From Candidatus Saccharibacteria bacterium UBA6258 (GTDB taxonomy: Bacteria; Patescibacteriota; Saccharimonadia; Saccharimonadales; Saccharimonadaceae), in contig DJVK01000006.1 in the NCBI GenBank assembly GCA_002441145.1, forward strand, positions 41 to 64,040: 64,000 nt of DNA, written 5' to 3'. The position numbers and the translations under genes are program-made. The notes beneath the pieces are model-generated. The model was not told the DNA's origin, searched no databases, and was given only the letters and a program-made list of their open reading frames with translations. Shown one piece after another: positions 7,067 through 16,781 of the stretch. Position 1 is the stretch's first letter. Each line of letters begins with the position of its first letter.

Positions 7067-8023
7067 CTATTCGTAAAGTCGCTTAGGTTGCGCGAAATAT
7101 GCGGCACCGTATGTTGCAACTGCTGCGAGTAGCGCAATGAGTGCACCCATTTCACCGGGACCGGTTGTTGGGAGTTCGCTCACGGTTGAGCCAGTACCTG
7201 ACGTAACTACAGGGCTAGCAGGAGTTGGAGGGGTAACTACGCCACCGCTACCTGGCTGGTCGCCCTCACATTTAGGGACATCAAACATATATACCCATGG
7301 AGATCCGTCATCTTCCCATAGAACGTTATGGAAGAATGCGCTGATTGTAACTTTAGCTGGCACTTTAATTTCGTAGGTGCCTGCGTCGACATTCATAGTT
7401 GTGTCTGAGCCAATCGTTACATTGTATGTAAATTCAGAACTTTTAGGGATAGTATAAGTTGCTTTGTCTGTACAAGTAGCAGGAGAGAACGTTGGTTCTG
7501 GTGCGGTAATTACTTGTGCATCGTTGCCGCATGATTTTGGTAGCCAAAATACTTTATATTTCGTATCTTTTCCCTGTGTGCCGTCTGTCGTGACCTCAAT
7601 TTTTACATGGTATCCTCTAGCTTCGGCTGGGCCGGTAAATGAAAGCGTGTAGGCCTTTTGATTGGACTGGGTATTTCCATTTTCACGAGCGGGCGCAGTG
7701 AAAGTAGCATTCTGTGGCCCGATAGGTGATTTGAGTTGATATTTCTTGGTAGGGGCTTGGCTAGTAAAGGTCACAGTAGATTTGCGTTCACCTTCATCGA
7801 AACCGTGCCATCGAACGATAACTTCACATGTAGTTAGCTGAGGCTCGTTCCCGTTACCTGGATCATCCTCGAAAACTTCATCATTGATTTTTACTGTACC
7901 ATTATTTCCTGCAGGCGCATGGTTATCAGCGTATGCAGCGCTAACAGGCAACAAGGCCTGAGCGAAGAACGCCATTACTAGCGCGAGAGAAATTCCCGCA
8001 CTCTTTGATAAATTCTTAATCAT
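7067..8023 (-). CDS. LPXTG-anchored cell-surface protein (sortase substrate)
   Basis: Signal peptide (AFFAQALLPVSAAYA). C-terminal LPTTG + hydrophobic stretch + KRLYE. AGGAG SD upstream. Confidence 0.85.
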   Translation of the reverse strand: MIKNLSKSAGISLALVMAFFAQALLPVSAAYADNHAPAGNNGTVKINDEVFEDDPGNGNEPQLTTCEVIVRWHGFDEGERKSTVTFTSQAPTKKYQLKSPIGPQNATFTAPARENGNTQSNQKAYTLSFTGPAEARGYHVKIEVTTDGTQGKDTKYKVFWLPKSCGNDAQVITAPEPTFSPATCTDKATYTIPKSSEFTYNVTIGSDTTMNVDAGTYEIKVPAKVTISAFFHNVLWEDDGSPWVYMFDVPKCEGDQPGSGGVVTPPTPASPVVTSGTGSTVSELPTTGPGEMGALIALLAAVATYGAAYFAQPKRLYE

Positions 8024-8170
8024 AACCGTTTACTCCTGTACCACCCGGTTGATTTAGTTTATAATACACTTAATTTACAAATTGTCAATAATATTCTAAA
8101 CATAACCAAAATGAAATGACACAACCAGTGTTCTAAACGATTAAAAACAGGGGTGTTATAATAGAGATAT

Positions 8171-8887
8171 ATGCAAGAAGAAAACAATAATAATATTCCT
8201 ACAAATTCACAAAGTTCTACAGAAATGCTTAATAAGCTCCGTGCTGGCGTGCTTGGCGCCAACGACGGTATCGTTTCGACATCCGCCGTACTAATGGGTG
8301 TTGCCGGTGCAACAGACAATACAGGCGCTATCTTTACTGCTGGTCTAGCTGCATTAGTCGCCGGTGCGCTATCTATGGCGGTTGGCGAGTATGTATCGGT
8401 AAGCAGCCAGAGTGATGCCGAAAAGGCGTATATCGAAAAAGAACGCAAAGAACTCGAAGATGACCCAGAGGGTGAACTTCATGAGTTGGCCGAAGAATAT
8501 ATGAAATTAGGGATTAGCGAAGAAACCGCGCATGTCGTAGCCGCTGAACTAACCGAGAAGGATGCCTTAAAGGCACACTTACGCGTACAGTTTAATCTTG
8601 ATGAAGAAGAAGTCGTTAACCCGACACATGCCGCCGTCGTGTCGCTACTATCATTTAGCGTCGGTGGATTAATTCCATTCCTCGCGATTATGCTCACTCC
8701 GCACGACATTCGTATCTATGCGACTATAATCGCGGTTGTCTTTGCGTTGTTTATTACCGGCTACTTTAGCGCAAGCGTTGGTGGTGCATCAAAGCGCCGT
8801 GCGATTTTGCGCGTGGTTGTGGGTGGTTTGCTTGCGATGATTGTTACTTACTACGTTGGTATGCTATTTGGAGGAAAGGTCGTATAG
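8171..8887 (+). CDS. VIT1/CCC1-family iron/manganese transporter
   Basis: GANDGIVSTSAVLMGVAGA motif and C-terminal TM helices. Confidence 0.85.
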   Translation: MQEENNNNIPTNSQSSTEMLNKLRAGVLGANDGIVSTSAVLMGVAGATDNTGAIFTAGLAALVAGALSMAVGEYVSVSSQSDAEKAYIEKERKELEDDPEGELHELAEEYMKLGISEETAHVVAAELTEKDALKAHLRVQFNLDEEEVVNPTHAAVVSLLSFSVGGLIPFLAIMLTPHDIRIYATIIAVVFALFITGYFSASVGGASKRRAILRVVVGGLLAMIVTYYVGMLFGGKVV

Positions 8888-8888
8888 T

Positions 8889-9884
8889 TTGGCTAAATTG
8901 CACGGTGTAAATTTAGGTGGCTGGCTGATTTTAGAAAAATGGATGACGCCAAAGCTATTTGCCGGTACAAAAGCGACCGACGAATACACCTTTATGCAAA
9001 CGCCGAGCGCACGCGACAAACTACGCGAGCATCAACGCAACTTCATCCGCGAAGAAGACTTTAAGTGGATGAGTAACAATGGCGTCAATGCCGTGCGAAT
9101 CCCGGTTGGCTACTGGGTATTTGATGGCGATACACCGTACGTGTCGTGTATCGGCAAACTTGATTGGGCATTTGCTATGGCCGAAAAATATAACATCCAA
9201 GTACTTATAAGTTTGCATGGCGCGCCAGGTTCGCAAAATGGGCGGGATCATAGCGGACGAATAGGTAAGGCCGAGTGGTACAAAAATCCTGCCGCACCCG
9301 AACAGACGATTGGCGTGCTTGAACGATTAGCGCATCGTTATCGCGACCACGTGATGTTTTGGGGTATCGAATTATTGAACGAGCCTAAAGCCGGACTGTT
9401 CCAACATAAGTTACGCAAGTTTTATAACCAGGCATATAAACGGTTAGCGCGAATTGTATTGCCTAGTACGCGAATCGTGTTCCATGACGCATTCACGCCA
9501 CGGTTACTATCTGCTGTCATTTGGGACGATAGCGTACATCATCCGGTGATGGATATACATTGGTATCATTTTGCATTTGGGTTACGACGGTTTCTACCGT
9601 TATGGTTATATTACCGAGTTGTCGATAGGCGCAAGTACTTGATTAGGCGACTGCAGCGTTGGCAGGGGATCATTATCGGGGAATGGAATGGTATTGTTGA
9701 CGGCAAGATTTTAGACAAATACCCAAAGGGTGAGCACGATCGCGTAGTGCGCGAGCACATCGCACGGCAGTTGCGTGCATACTCCGTTGCAGACGGTTGG
9801 TTTTACTGGAACTACAAAACCGAAGCGCGTGGCGTGTGGCATTTTAGATCAATGGTTGAGGACGGTGCTATCGTTTTGGACTAG
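8889..9884 (+). CDS. glycoside hydrolase family 5 (beta-glucanase-like), no obvious signal peptide
   Basis: LHGVNLGGWLILEKWMTP, ELLNEP (acid/base Glu) and IIGEWN (nucleophile Glu). The track ORF starts at 8841 inside the VIT gene. An in-frame TTG at 8889, just after the VIT stop and downstream of GGAGGA, is my preferred but uncertain start. Confidence 0.8.
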   Translation: MAKLHGVNLGGWLILEKWMTPKLFAGTKATDEYTFMQTPSARDKLREHQRNFIREEDFKWMSNNGVNAVRIPVGYWVFDGDTPYVSCIGKLDWAFAMAEKYNIQVLISLHGAPGSQNGRDHSGRIGKAEWYKNPAAPEQTIGVLERLAHRYRDHVMFWGIELLNEPKAGLFQHKLRKFYNQAYKRLARIVLPSTRIVFHDAFTPRLLSAVIWDDSVHHPVMDIHWYHFAFGLRRFLPLWLYYRVVDRRKYLIRRLQRWQGIIIGEWNGIVDGKILDKYPKGEHDRVVREHIARQLRAYSVADGWFYWNYKTEARGVWHFRSMVEDGAIVLD

Positions 9885-9918
9885 ATTTAACAGATGTGAC
9901 ATGCTATATTAGATACTA

Positions 9919-11343
9919 ATGAATACAATTTTCAAACGCACCAAGATCCTGGCTACTTTAGGGCCAGTAACCAACAACCCCGAGTCAGTCAAAAAACTTA
10001 TGCAAGCCGGAGCAAACGGTTTTAGGCTTAACTTTAGTCATGGCAACTACGAAGAACGCCTTGAGCAAGTTGAATGGATTCGTGCAGCCAGCGCCGAACT
10101 TAATCGCCCAGTTGCGATCCTACAAGACCTTCAAGGCCCTAAGATTCGTCTTGGTGCATTGAATGACAATAATCAGCCGGTTAAAAAGGGTGACGAAATC
10201 GTCCTTGATTACGCAGCAGAACACAACGGCCTCACGATGCCTGTTCAGTATAACCTTGCCGAAAAAGTAAAAGTTGGCGAGCCTATTTACTTGTTCGACG
10301 GTAAAATCCGTACTACCGTAATCGAAATTCCATCCGAAACAGCTATCAAATTACGCGTCGAAAACGACGGTACGCTAATGAGTAAAAAAGGTATCAACCT
10401 GCCCGACACCGACTTTGGTGGCGACATCCTTACGCCAAAAGACATGGCAGATATCGAATTCGGTGCTGACAAAGACTTTGACTATGTAGCACTAAGTTTT
10501 GTTCAGTCGGAAGAAGACATTAACAACCTACGCCAAATCTTAGTTGGCCTTGGTTCGACAGCGCATATTATTGCCAAAGTTGAAACCAAGGCAGCTATCA
10601 AACCAGAAACCCTCGAAGCCATCGTTATGGCGAGTGATGGCGTAATGGTAGCCCGCGGTGACTTGGCGGTTGAAGCTGGTGCCGAAATTGTCCCAATCGT
10701 TCAACGACAGATTATTTCACTTTGTCGCAAGCACGGTAAACTAAGCATCGTTGCGACACAAATGATGGCAAGTATGGTTGACGCTCCAGAGCCAACTCGT
10801 GCTGAAGTTAGCGACGTTGCGACAGCGACCATCATGGGTGCTGACACCGTAATGCTTAGCGACGAAACCGCCAACGGCAGTTACCCGATCGAATCTGTTG
10901 CAGCAATGCGTAAGACTATTATGTACACTCAAGAAAACTGGGAAGTTGATGGCAGTAGCGATCAAATCGTTTCTGCTGAAGAAAGCCGACGCAACGCTAT
11001 TGCGCGCGCGGCGGTAAACATTGCTCAAGAACTTAACGTAACGGCTATCATTGCCGAAACGAAGAGCGGTGCAACCGCTGAAAACATCGCTGCGGGTCGC
11101 CCACACTTGCCAATTTGTGCAGTGACAAGTTCGCCACGTGCTGCACAGCAGTTGGCCCTCACGTACGCTACGCGTAGCTTTATTCGCCCAGATGGCGACA
11201 AAGCTGGCTTAGAACTTGCCAAAGAGCTTCACGCCCAGCGATACTTTGGTGAAGATGGTGCACTAACGACGGTTATCGTGAGTGGTAGACAGCCAGGCGT
11301 AACCGGCGGTACTGACACGCTTCGTGTACGTATCATCGAATAG
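9919..11343 (+). CDS. pyk: pyruvate kinase
   Basis: RTKILATLGP, NFSHG and MVARGDL motifs; 474 aa. Confidence 0.95.
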   Translation: MNTIFKRTKILATLGPVTNNPESVKKLMQAGANGFRLNFSHGNYEERLEQVEWIRAASAELNRPVAILQDLQGPKIRLGALNDNNQPVKKGDEIVLDYAAEHNGLTMPVQYNLAEKVKVGEPIYLFDGKIRTTVIEIPSETAIKLRVENDGTLMSKKGINLPDTDFGGDILTPKDMADIEFGADKDFDYVALSFVQSEEDINNLRQILVGLGSTAHIIAKVETKAAIKPETLEAIVMASDGVMVARGDLAVEAGAEIVPIVQRQIISLCRKHGKLSIVATQMMASMVDAPEPTRAEVSDVATATIMGADTVMLSDETANGSYPIESVAAMRKTIMYTQENWEVDGSSDQIVSAEESRRNAIARAAVNIAQELNVTAIIAETKSGATAENIAAGRPHLPICAVTSSPRAAQQLALTYATRSFIRPDGDKAGLELAKELHAQRYFGEDGALTTVIVSGRQPGVTGGTDTLRVRIIE

Positions 11344-11414
11344 TAGATAATTTATCAAAAAATAGGAGCCCTTACACCGAGGGCTTCTATTGTTTTTGTG
11401 CTACCATAAGTAGT

Positions 11415-12653
11415 ATGAATACCGGTGGGAAATTTTACAAAAAAACAATGAATGATGTGCCGATTCGTGGCAAAATCGTGCTCGTGCGCGCTGACTATAA
11501 CGTGCCGCTGACGCGTGACGGCAAAGTTGCCGACGATTACCGAATCCGTTCGAGTATACCAACAATTAACAAGTTGCTTGAATACAGGTGTAAGGTGATT
11601 ATTGTCAGTCACTTAGGGCGACCTGAAGGCAAGGTTAATCCTGAATTTACTCTAGAGCCTGCGGCTCAGCGACTCGCTGAACTACTTGGTAAGCCCGTAC
11701 GTTTTGTTGATAGGTGTGTCGGTGATAAGGCGCGCATGGCGATAAAACGTGCGCCAAAAATCAGCGTTACAGTGTTAGAAAACCTGCGATTCCACCCCGA
11801 AGAAGAAGCCAATGACATGCAATTTGCTCAGCGACTCGCAAAAGATTCTGGCGCCGACTATTTTGTGCAAGACGGCTTCGGTGTCGTTCACCGCGCTCAC
11901 GCATCGACGGCCGCGATCACGAACTATTTGCCAGCAGTGTCTGGCCTATTGCTCGAACATGAGTACATGATCATTACCGAGGCTATGAAGCACCCGGCGA
12001 GGCCGCTTGTTGCCGTAATGGGTGGCGTTAAAGTGAGCGATAAGATTCAGGTCATCGAAGCGATGATACCGGTCGCGGACACGATAATCATTGGTGGGGC
12101 TATGGCAAATACCTTTTTGGCACATAAAAAGTACCGCATGGGCAAAAGCAAGATTGAGGCCGACCAGGATAAGGTAATAGAATCTATATATAAAGCGGCA
12201 GCAAAAAAGGTTGGTGAAGACAATGTCGATTCATTCATCGTATTGCCAGTAGATCTAGGCACGGGCACTTCGCTCGAACCAACGGCAACCAGGCGCAACG
12301 TATCGTTGCTTGGTGTGGCCGAGGATGCCTACGCGCTCGATATCGGTCCGAAATCTGTCGAAAAAATGCTTGATATCGTCCATAAGGCGCGCACAGTAAT
12401 TTGGAATGGAACGCTCGGGTACGCCGAAGTGCCAGCCTTTGCGACAGCATCGACGGCATTAGCCAAAGCAATCGCCGGGCATACAGAGGTGGATTCAATT
12501 ATCGGCGGTGGCGATACGGCTGATTTTGCCATTAACTGGGATCCTGGGCACGGTAGCAATTTTACGCACGTTTCGACAGGTGGCGGAGCAAGCCTCGAAT
12601 TGATGAGTGGAGCGAAGTTACCGGGAATCGAAGCTTTGCTAGACGCTCGATAA
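11415..12653 (+). CDS. pgk: phosphoglycerate kinase
   Basis: VLVRADYNVPL; full-length PGK-like, 412 aa. An alternative start is M at 11448. Confidence 0.95.
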   Translation: MNTGGKFYKKTMNDVPIRGKIVLVRADYNVPLTRDGKVADDYRIRSSIPTINKLLEYRCKVIIVSHLGRPEGKVNPEFTLEPAAQRLAELLGKPVRFVDRCVGDKARMAIKRAPKISVTVLENLRFHPEEEANDMQFAQRLAKDSGADYFVQDGFGVVHRAHASTAAITNYLPAVSGLLLEHEYMIITEAMKHPARPLVAVMGGVKVSDKIQVIEAMIPVADTIIIGGAMANTFLAHKKYRMGKSKIEADQDKVIESIYKAAAKKVGEDNVDSFIVLPVDLGTGTSLEPTATRRNVSLLGVAEDAYALDIGPKSVEKMLDIVHKARTVIWNGTLGYAEVPAFATASTALAKAIAGHTEVDSIIGGGDTADFAINWDPGHGSNFTHVSTGGGASLELMSGAKLPGIEALLDAR

Positions 12654-12698
12654 AAAATAGAGTACTATAGAGAAAAGAAGCATAAGTAGTATATAAAA

Positions 12699-13475
12699 GT
12701 GGGCAAAAAACTTATAATCGCGAACTGGAAGATGAACCTCACCGTAAATGAGGCGAGTTTATTCGTGCATAAATTAGCAGACCTTATCGAAGTGCACCGT
12801 GACGTCGAAGTCGTACTGGCGCCAACGCTGCTTGCACTACAATCCGTATCGCTACAAACGAATCATCACCAGTTTAAACTGGCAGCACAAAACTTTTACT
12901 GGCGAGACCACGGAGCCTACACTGGCGAGGTTTCCGCTAACCAGTTACGCGGGCTTGTGCAGTACGCGCTAGTCGGCCACTCTGAACGCCGACATGTATT
13001 TGACGAACGACCTGCAGATATCCGCAGTAAGGTACAGGCCGCTTACCGTAATGGCATTACACCGGTACTGTGTGTTGGCGAAACAGCTGGCGAACGAGCG
13101 ATAGGTGAAACGAATGACGTATTACACGATCAACTTGTCGGTGGACTTAGCAACGTCACTAGCGAAGAAGCTGAAAGTATCGTTATCGCATACGAACCTG
13201 TTTGGGCGATTGGTACTGGCAAAAATGCAGTTCCTGGCGACGTAGAGGCCGCTACTAAAGCGATTCGCAGCCAAGTCAAACATTTGTTTGGTGTTGAAAC
13301 TGCTAAAAAGATTCGCGTACTTTATGGCGGTAGTGTTACCGTCGATAACGCAGCTAGTTATCTAGCAGCATCTGGCGTCGACGGACTATTAATCGGTGGC
13401 GCAAGCCTTGATGTCCACGCGTTTGCCGATATCGTTAAGAAAGCTCATGAACAATCAAACAAAGGAAAGAAATAA
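12699..13475 (+). CDS. tpiA: triosephosphate isomerase (GTG start)
   Basis: IIANWKMN, VGHSERR and AYEPVWAIGTG motifs. Confidence 0.95.
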   Translation: MGKKLIIANWKMNLTVNEASLFVHKLADLIEVHRDVEVVLAPTLLALQSVSLQTNHHQFKLAAQNFYWRDHGAYTGEVSANQLRGLVQYALVGHSERRHVFDERPADIRSKVQAAYRNGITPVLCVGETAGERAIGETNDVLHDQLVGGLSNVTSEEAESIVIAYEPVWAIGTGKNAVPGDVEAATKAIRSQVKHLFGVETAKKIRVLYGGSVTVDNAASYLAASGVDGLLIGGASLDVHAFADIVKKAHEQSNKGKK

Positions 13476-13481
13476 GCGAGT

Positions 13482-14630
13482 ATGACAGAACTAGATTTTG
13501 ATGAGCTCGATAAGGCTGTAAATAACCTGATGGCTGACGTGGGGTCAGAAAAGCGTGCCACGACACCCGAGGGTGGCGAAGACATTACATTATCAATTAT
13601 CCCACCCGTGCCAGTCGCTTCATCTACTCAGTTGCTTAGTATTACAGCCGAAGAGCGCTCAGAGCAGGTTGCTCAGCAAGAGCCTGTACAAAGGGTATCC
13701 GAACCAGTTGCGCGACCACCGCTTGCCGTCAAGCGACGTGGACGATTCATGGATGTCGTACACCCGTCATCAGACATGAAAACGACCGGCAGTTCTGTAC
13801 CAAGGCGCGAAGGTGTGTCTATCGAACCTAGTGGAACGGCTGTCGTTCCCGAACCTACGGCTGCAGAACAGACAAATAGCGATGCAGAAAACTATGACTT
13901 TGCCGCTGCCTTTGATATGGAATCGACAAAACCTGCAGAACAAACCACTGAACAGACTGCGCCTGAAGAAGCCGAAGTCAAGAATGAATGGCCAGATCCC
14001 ATCGAATTCACTCAATCGCACGATTCACAATCAGAGCCTGCCTCTGCTGTAGCTGATGTGCCCGCCGAGGTAATCTCAGAAATCGCAGAGCCTAGTGCTG
14101 AACAGCCTCTATCATCACCATTTTTGACTGATGCGAAAGTTGAAAAGCGTCCATTGGGCGGAACTATTCCAGTTACCGATAATCCAGTAGAGAGTATGAA
14201 CTTTGCTTCTGAACCGTCTGCGCCTATCGACGACGATACGCAAATGGTAGCAAAGCCAGGTAGTTTACCTGATGAGTTACGTACTGATGTTATGGCTCTA
14301 GAGTCGTCCGATACCGTAACTGGCAGCGAAATCACCGAACCCGCACCTGAGCCTGAAGTCGCCGTAGATAGTCCCGAAAAAGTTGCCGATGAAGTGGTTC
14401 AACCGACTCAACCTAGTGCCGGTGGAGCAATTGCTCAGCAATACGCCGAACAGCCAAGTACGAGCGACCAGACAAGTGGTTCGATATACGACACCGCAAC
14501 TTACCACCAAGCCCTTGAACACCCTGAAAAGCATAAATCTGGCTGGACATGGATTATCTGGATCTTACTGTTGTTGATTGCCGGCGCAGCTGCCGGAGCT
14601 GCTTACTTCTATTTCACAACACAAGCGTAA
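13482..14630 (+). CDS. acidic low-complexity protein with a single C-terminal TM helix (tail-anchored)
   Basis: Short N-terminal helix MTELDFDELDKAVNNLM. A long E/P/S/T/A-rich region. C-terminal WIIWILLLLIAGAAAGAAYFYF. Confidence 0.7.
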   Translation: MTELDFDELDKAVNNLMADVGSEKRATTPEGGEDITLSIIPPVPVASSTQLLSITAEERSEQVAQQEPVQRVSEPVARPPLAVKRRGRFMDVVHPSSDMKTTGSSVPRREGVSIEPSGTAVVPEPTAAEQTNSDAENYDFAAAFDMESTKPAEQTTEQTAPEEAEVKNEWPDPIEFTQSHDSQSEPASAVADVPAEVISEIAEPSAEQPLSSPFLTDAKVEKRPLGGTIPVTDNPVESMNFASEPSAPIDDDTQMVAKPGSLPDELRTDVMALESSDTVTGSEITEPAPEPEVAVDSPEKVADEVVQPTQPSAGGAIAQQYAEQPSTSDQTSGSIYDTATYHQALEHPEKHKSGWTWIIWILLLLIAGAAAGAAYFYFTTQA

Positions 14631-14654
14631 GCATAGGTTGGTATAATAAAAAGA

Positions 14655-16757
14655 ATGGATATTCTTGCGGGGCTTAATGATGCACAAAAATCTGCTGTCG
14701 AAACGACACGCGGACCATTATTAATTTTAGCCGGAGCGGGGAGCGGTAAGACAAAAACGCTGACTCACCGAATCGCTCATTTATTGGCGAACGAAAGTGT
14801 TTGGCCGAACGAAATTTTAGCCGTGACGTTTACTAATAAGGCAGCCCGCGAAATGCGCGAACGGTTGGCCCAGCTAACAGGGCAAGCAAATACGCGCGGC
14901 TTTATGCCCTGGATGGGAACGTTCCACGGTATATGTGTACGCCTGTTGCGGCAGGATGGTGATAAAATTGGCATTCAAGCAAACTTTGTCATTTACGATG
15001 AAGATGATCGCCAAGGTTTAATTAAACAGGCGATGAAAGAGCTTTCGATTAGCTCGGACCAAGTAAAGCCACGTGCCGTCAGCAGTGCTATATCAAGCGC
15101 AAAAAATGAACTTATCGACCCTGCCGAATACGCCGTAACCGCTAATTACCCGTTCCAGCAATCGGTTGCAAAGATTTACGCTAAGTACGAAATGATGCGT
15201 AAAGCAGCGGGTGCATTGGACTTTGATGATCTATTAATCGAGACTGTGCGATTATTCCGCGAGTCAGTAGAAGCTCGTAATAAATACCGCACCCAGTTTA
15301 AACATATCTTGATTGACGAGTATCAGGACACTAACGCGGCGCAGTACAACATTGTTAAGATGCTGGTTAACGATGACCACAATATCTGTGTCGTTGGTGA
15401 TGACTGGCAATCGATTTATAGTTGGCGCGGCGCTGATTTTAAGAATATTCTTAATTTCGAGCGTGACTTCCCGGGTGCGAAAGTAGTTAAGTTGGAGCAG
15501 AATTATCGTTCAACTGCGGCGATTCTTGAAGCTGCTCATAGCGTGATTAGTAAAAACGTCGAACGTACCGAAAAGAAGTTGTGGACGGATGCAGAAGCAG
15601 GAGCTCCCGTGCAAGTACAAGGCGTGTATGACGAAGCAGAAGAGGCATTCGCGATTGCGAGCCGCATCAACGCACAGGCGACGATTGGCGCGCGTAAGTA
15701 CGGCGAATTTGCCGTGCTGTACCGCATGAACGCACAAAGTTATGCGCTTGAACGCGCATTCATGCAGCATCGAATACCATATCAATTGGTCGGTGGTGTT
15801 CGCTTTTATGATCGTAAAGAAATCAAAGACGTCATTGCATACCTAAAGTTGCTCTTTCAGCCAAATGACAGGATGAGCTTTAGTCGCATCGTTAATGTTC
15901 CGACGCGTGGTATCGGTGCGACAAGCCTCGAAAAGTTTTTGCTATGGCAGAGCAATTCGGGCATGGATATTATATCGGCGCTAATTAATGTCGAACAAAC
16001 GAGTACTCTACAGGCGCGCGCCAAAAATGCACTGGCCGCACTTGGCGAATCACTGCGATCACTACAGGCGCGAATCGAAGCTGAATCGAATCCGAGCGAT
16101 ATCATAGAGCAACTTATCGAATCGACAGGGTATCGCCGCTATATCTTGGACGGTACGCCCCAAGCAGAAGATCGCGAAGCTAACCTGAGCGTACTGGTTT
16201 CGGATGCTAAGTCATTTGCGACGCTTGCTTCATTTTTAGAAGAAGTGGCATTGATGTCGAGCGTCGATACCGCAAGCGACGAACAAAAAGTCACACTGAT
16301 GACGTTACATGCCGCTAAAGGTCTGGAGTTCCCAGTAGTCTTTATGGTCGGTATGGAAGATGGTTTATTCCCAAGCTCGCGAGCTCTCGAAGAAGGCCCG
16401 AAGCAGCTCGAAGAAGAGCGCCGTCTTTGTTATGTAGGTATGACCCGTGCTCGCGAAGAACTACACTTGCTTTACGCGCAGAGTCGCTTGCAGTTCGGTC
16501 AACGGAGCTACGGGTCACCCTCTAGGTTCTTGGAAGATATGGGCCATGCGGTCGCTACTATGCCATCACCAAGCATGCAACGTCACGATGACTTTACTGA
16601 TTTTGTCATGGAATACGATATTGGCGATCAAGTCAGGTCGAGTCAATTTGGTGTGGGAGAAATCGTCGATATCGACGGAATGGCAGTGTCGGTGCAGTTC
16701 TCGACAGGGGTGACAAAAAAGCTCAACGTTGAATATGCGCGGCTTGAGAAGCTTTAG
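14655..16757 (+). CDS. pcrA: ATP-dependent DNA helicase PcrA/UvrD family
   Basis: Walker A AGAGSGKT, DEYQDT, and QNYRS motifs; 700 aa. Confidence 0.93.
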   Translation: MDILAGLNDAQKSAVETTRGPLLILAGAGSGKTKTLTHRIAHLLANESVWPNEILAVTFTNKAAREMRERLAQLTGQANTRGFMPWMGTFHGICVRLLRQDGDKIGIQANFVIYDEDDRQGLIKQAMKELSISSDQVKPRAVSSAISSAKNELIDPAEYAVTANYPFQQSVAKIYAKYEMMRKAAGALDFDDLLIETVRLFRESVEARNKYRTQFKHILIDEYQDTNAAQYNIVKMLVNDDHNICVVGDDWQSIYSWRGADFKNILNFERDFPGAKVVKLEQNYRSTAAILEAAHSVISKNVERTEKKLWTDAEAGAPVQVQGVYDEAEEAFAIASRINAQATIGARKYGEFAVLYRMNAQSYALERAFMQHRIPYQLVGGVRFYDRKEIKDVIAYLKLLFQPNDRMSFSRIVNVPTRGIGATSLEKFLLWQSNSGMDIISALINVEQTSTLQARAKNALAALGESLRSLQARIEAESNPSDIIEQLIESTGYRRYILDGTPQAEDREANLSVLVSDAKSFATLASFLEEVALMSSVDTASDEQKVTLMTLHAAKGLEFPVVFMVGMEDGLFPSSRALEEGPKQLEEERRLCYVGMTRAREELHLLYAQSRLQFGQRSYGSPSRFLEDMGHAVATMPSPSMQRHDDFTDFVMEYDIGDQVRSSQFGVGEIVDIDGMAVSVQFSTGVTKKLNVEYARLEKL

Positions 16758-16781
16758 ACGATTAGGATAATCGCTAACATT

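Noticed and set aside
8841-8888. N-terminal extension of the GH5 ORF overlapping the VIT transporter gene.
   Set aside because: The extension (MLLTTLVCYLEERSYS) has no signal-peptide or GH5 character and overlaps 47 nt of the upstream gene. An in-frame TTG at 8889 right after the upstream stop is more plausible, though unproven.
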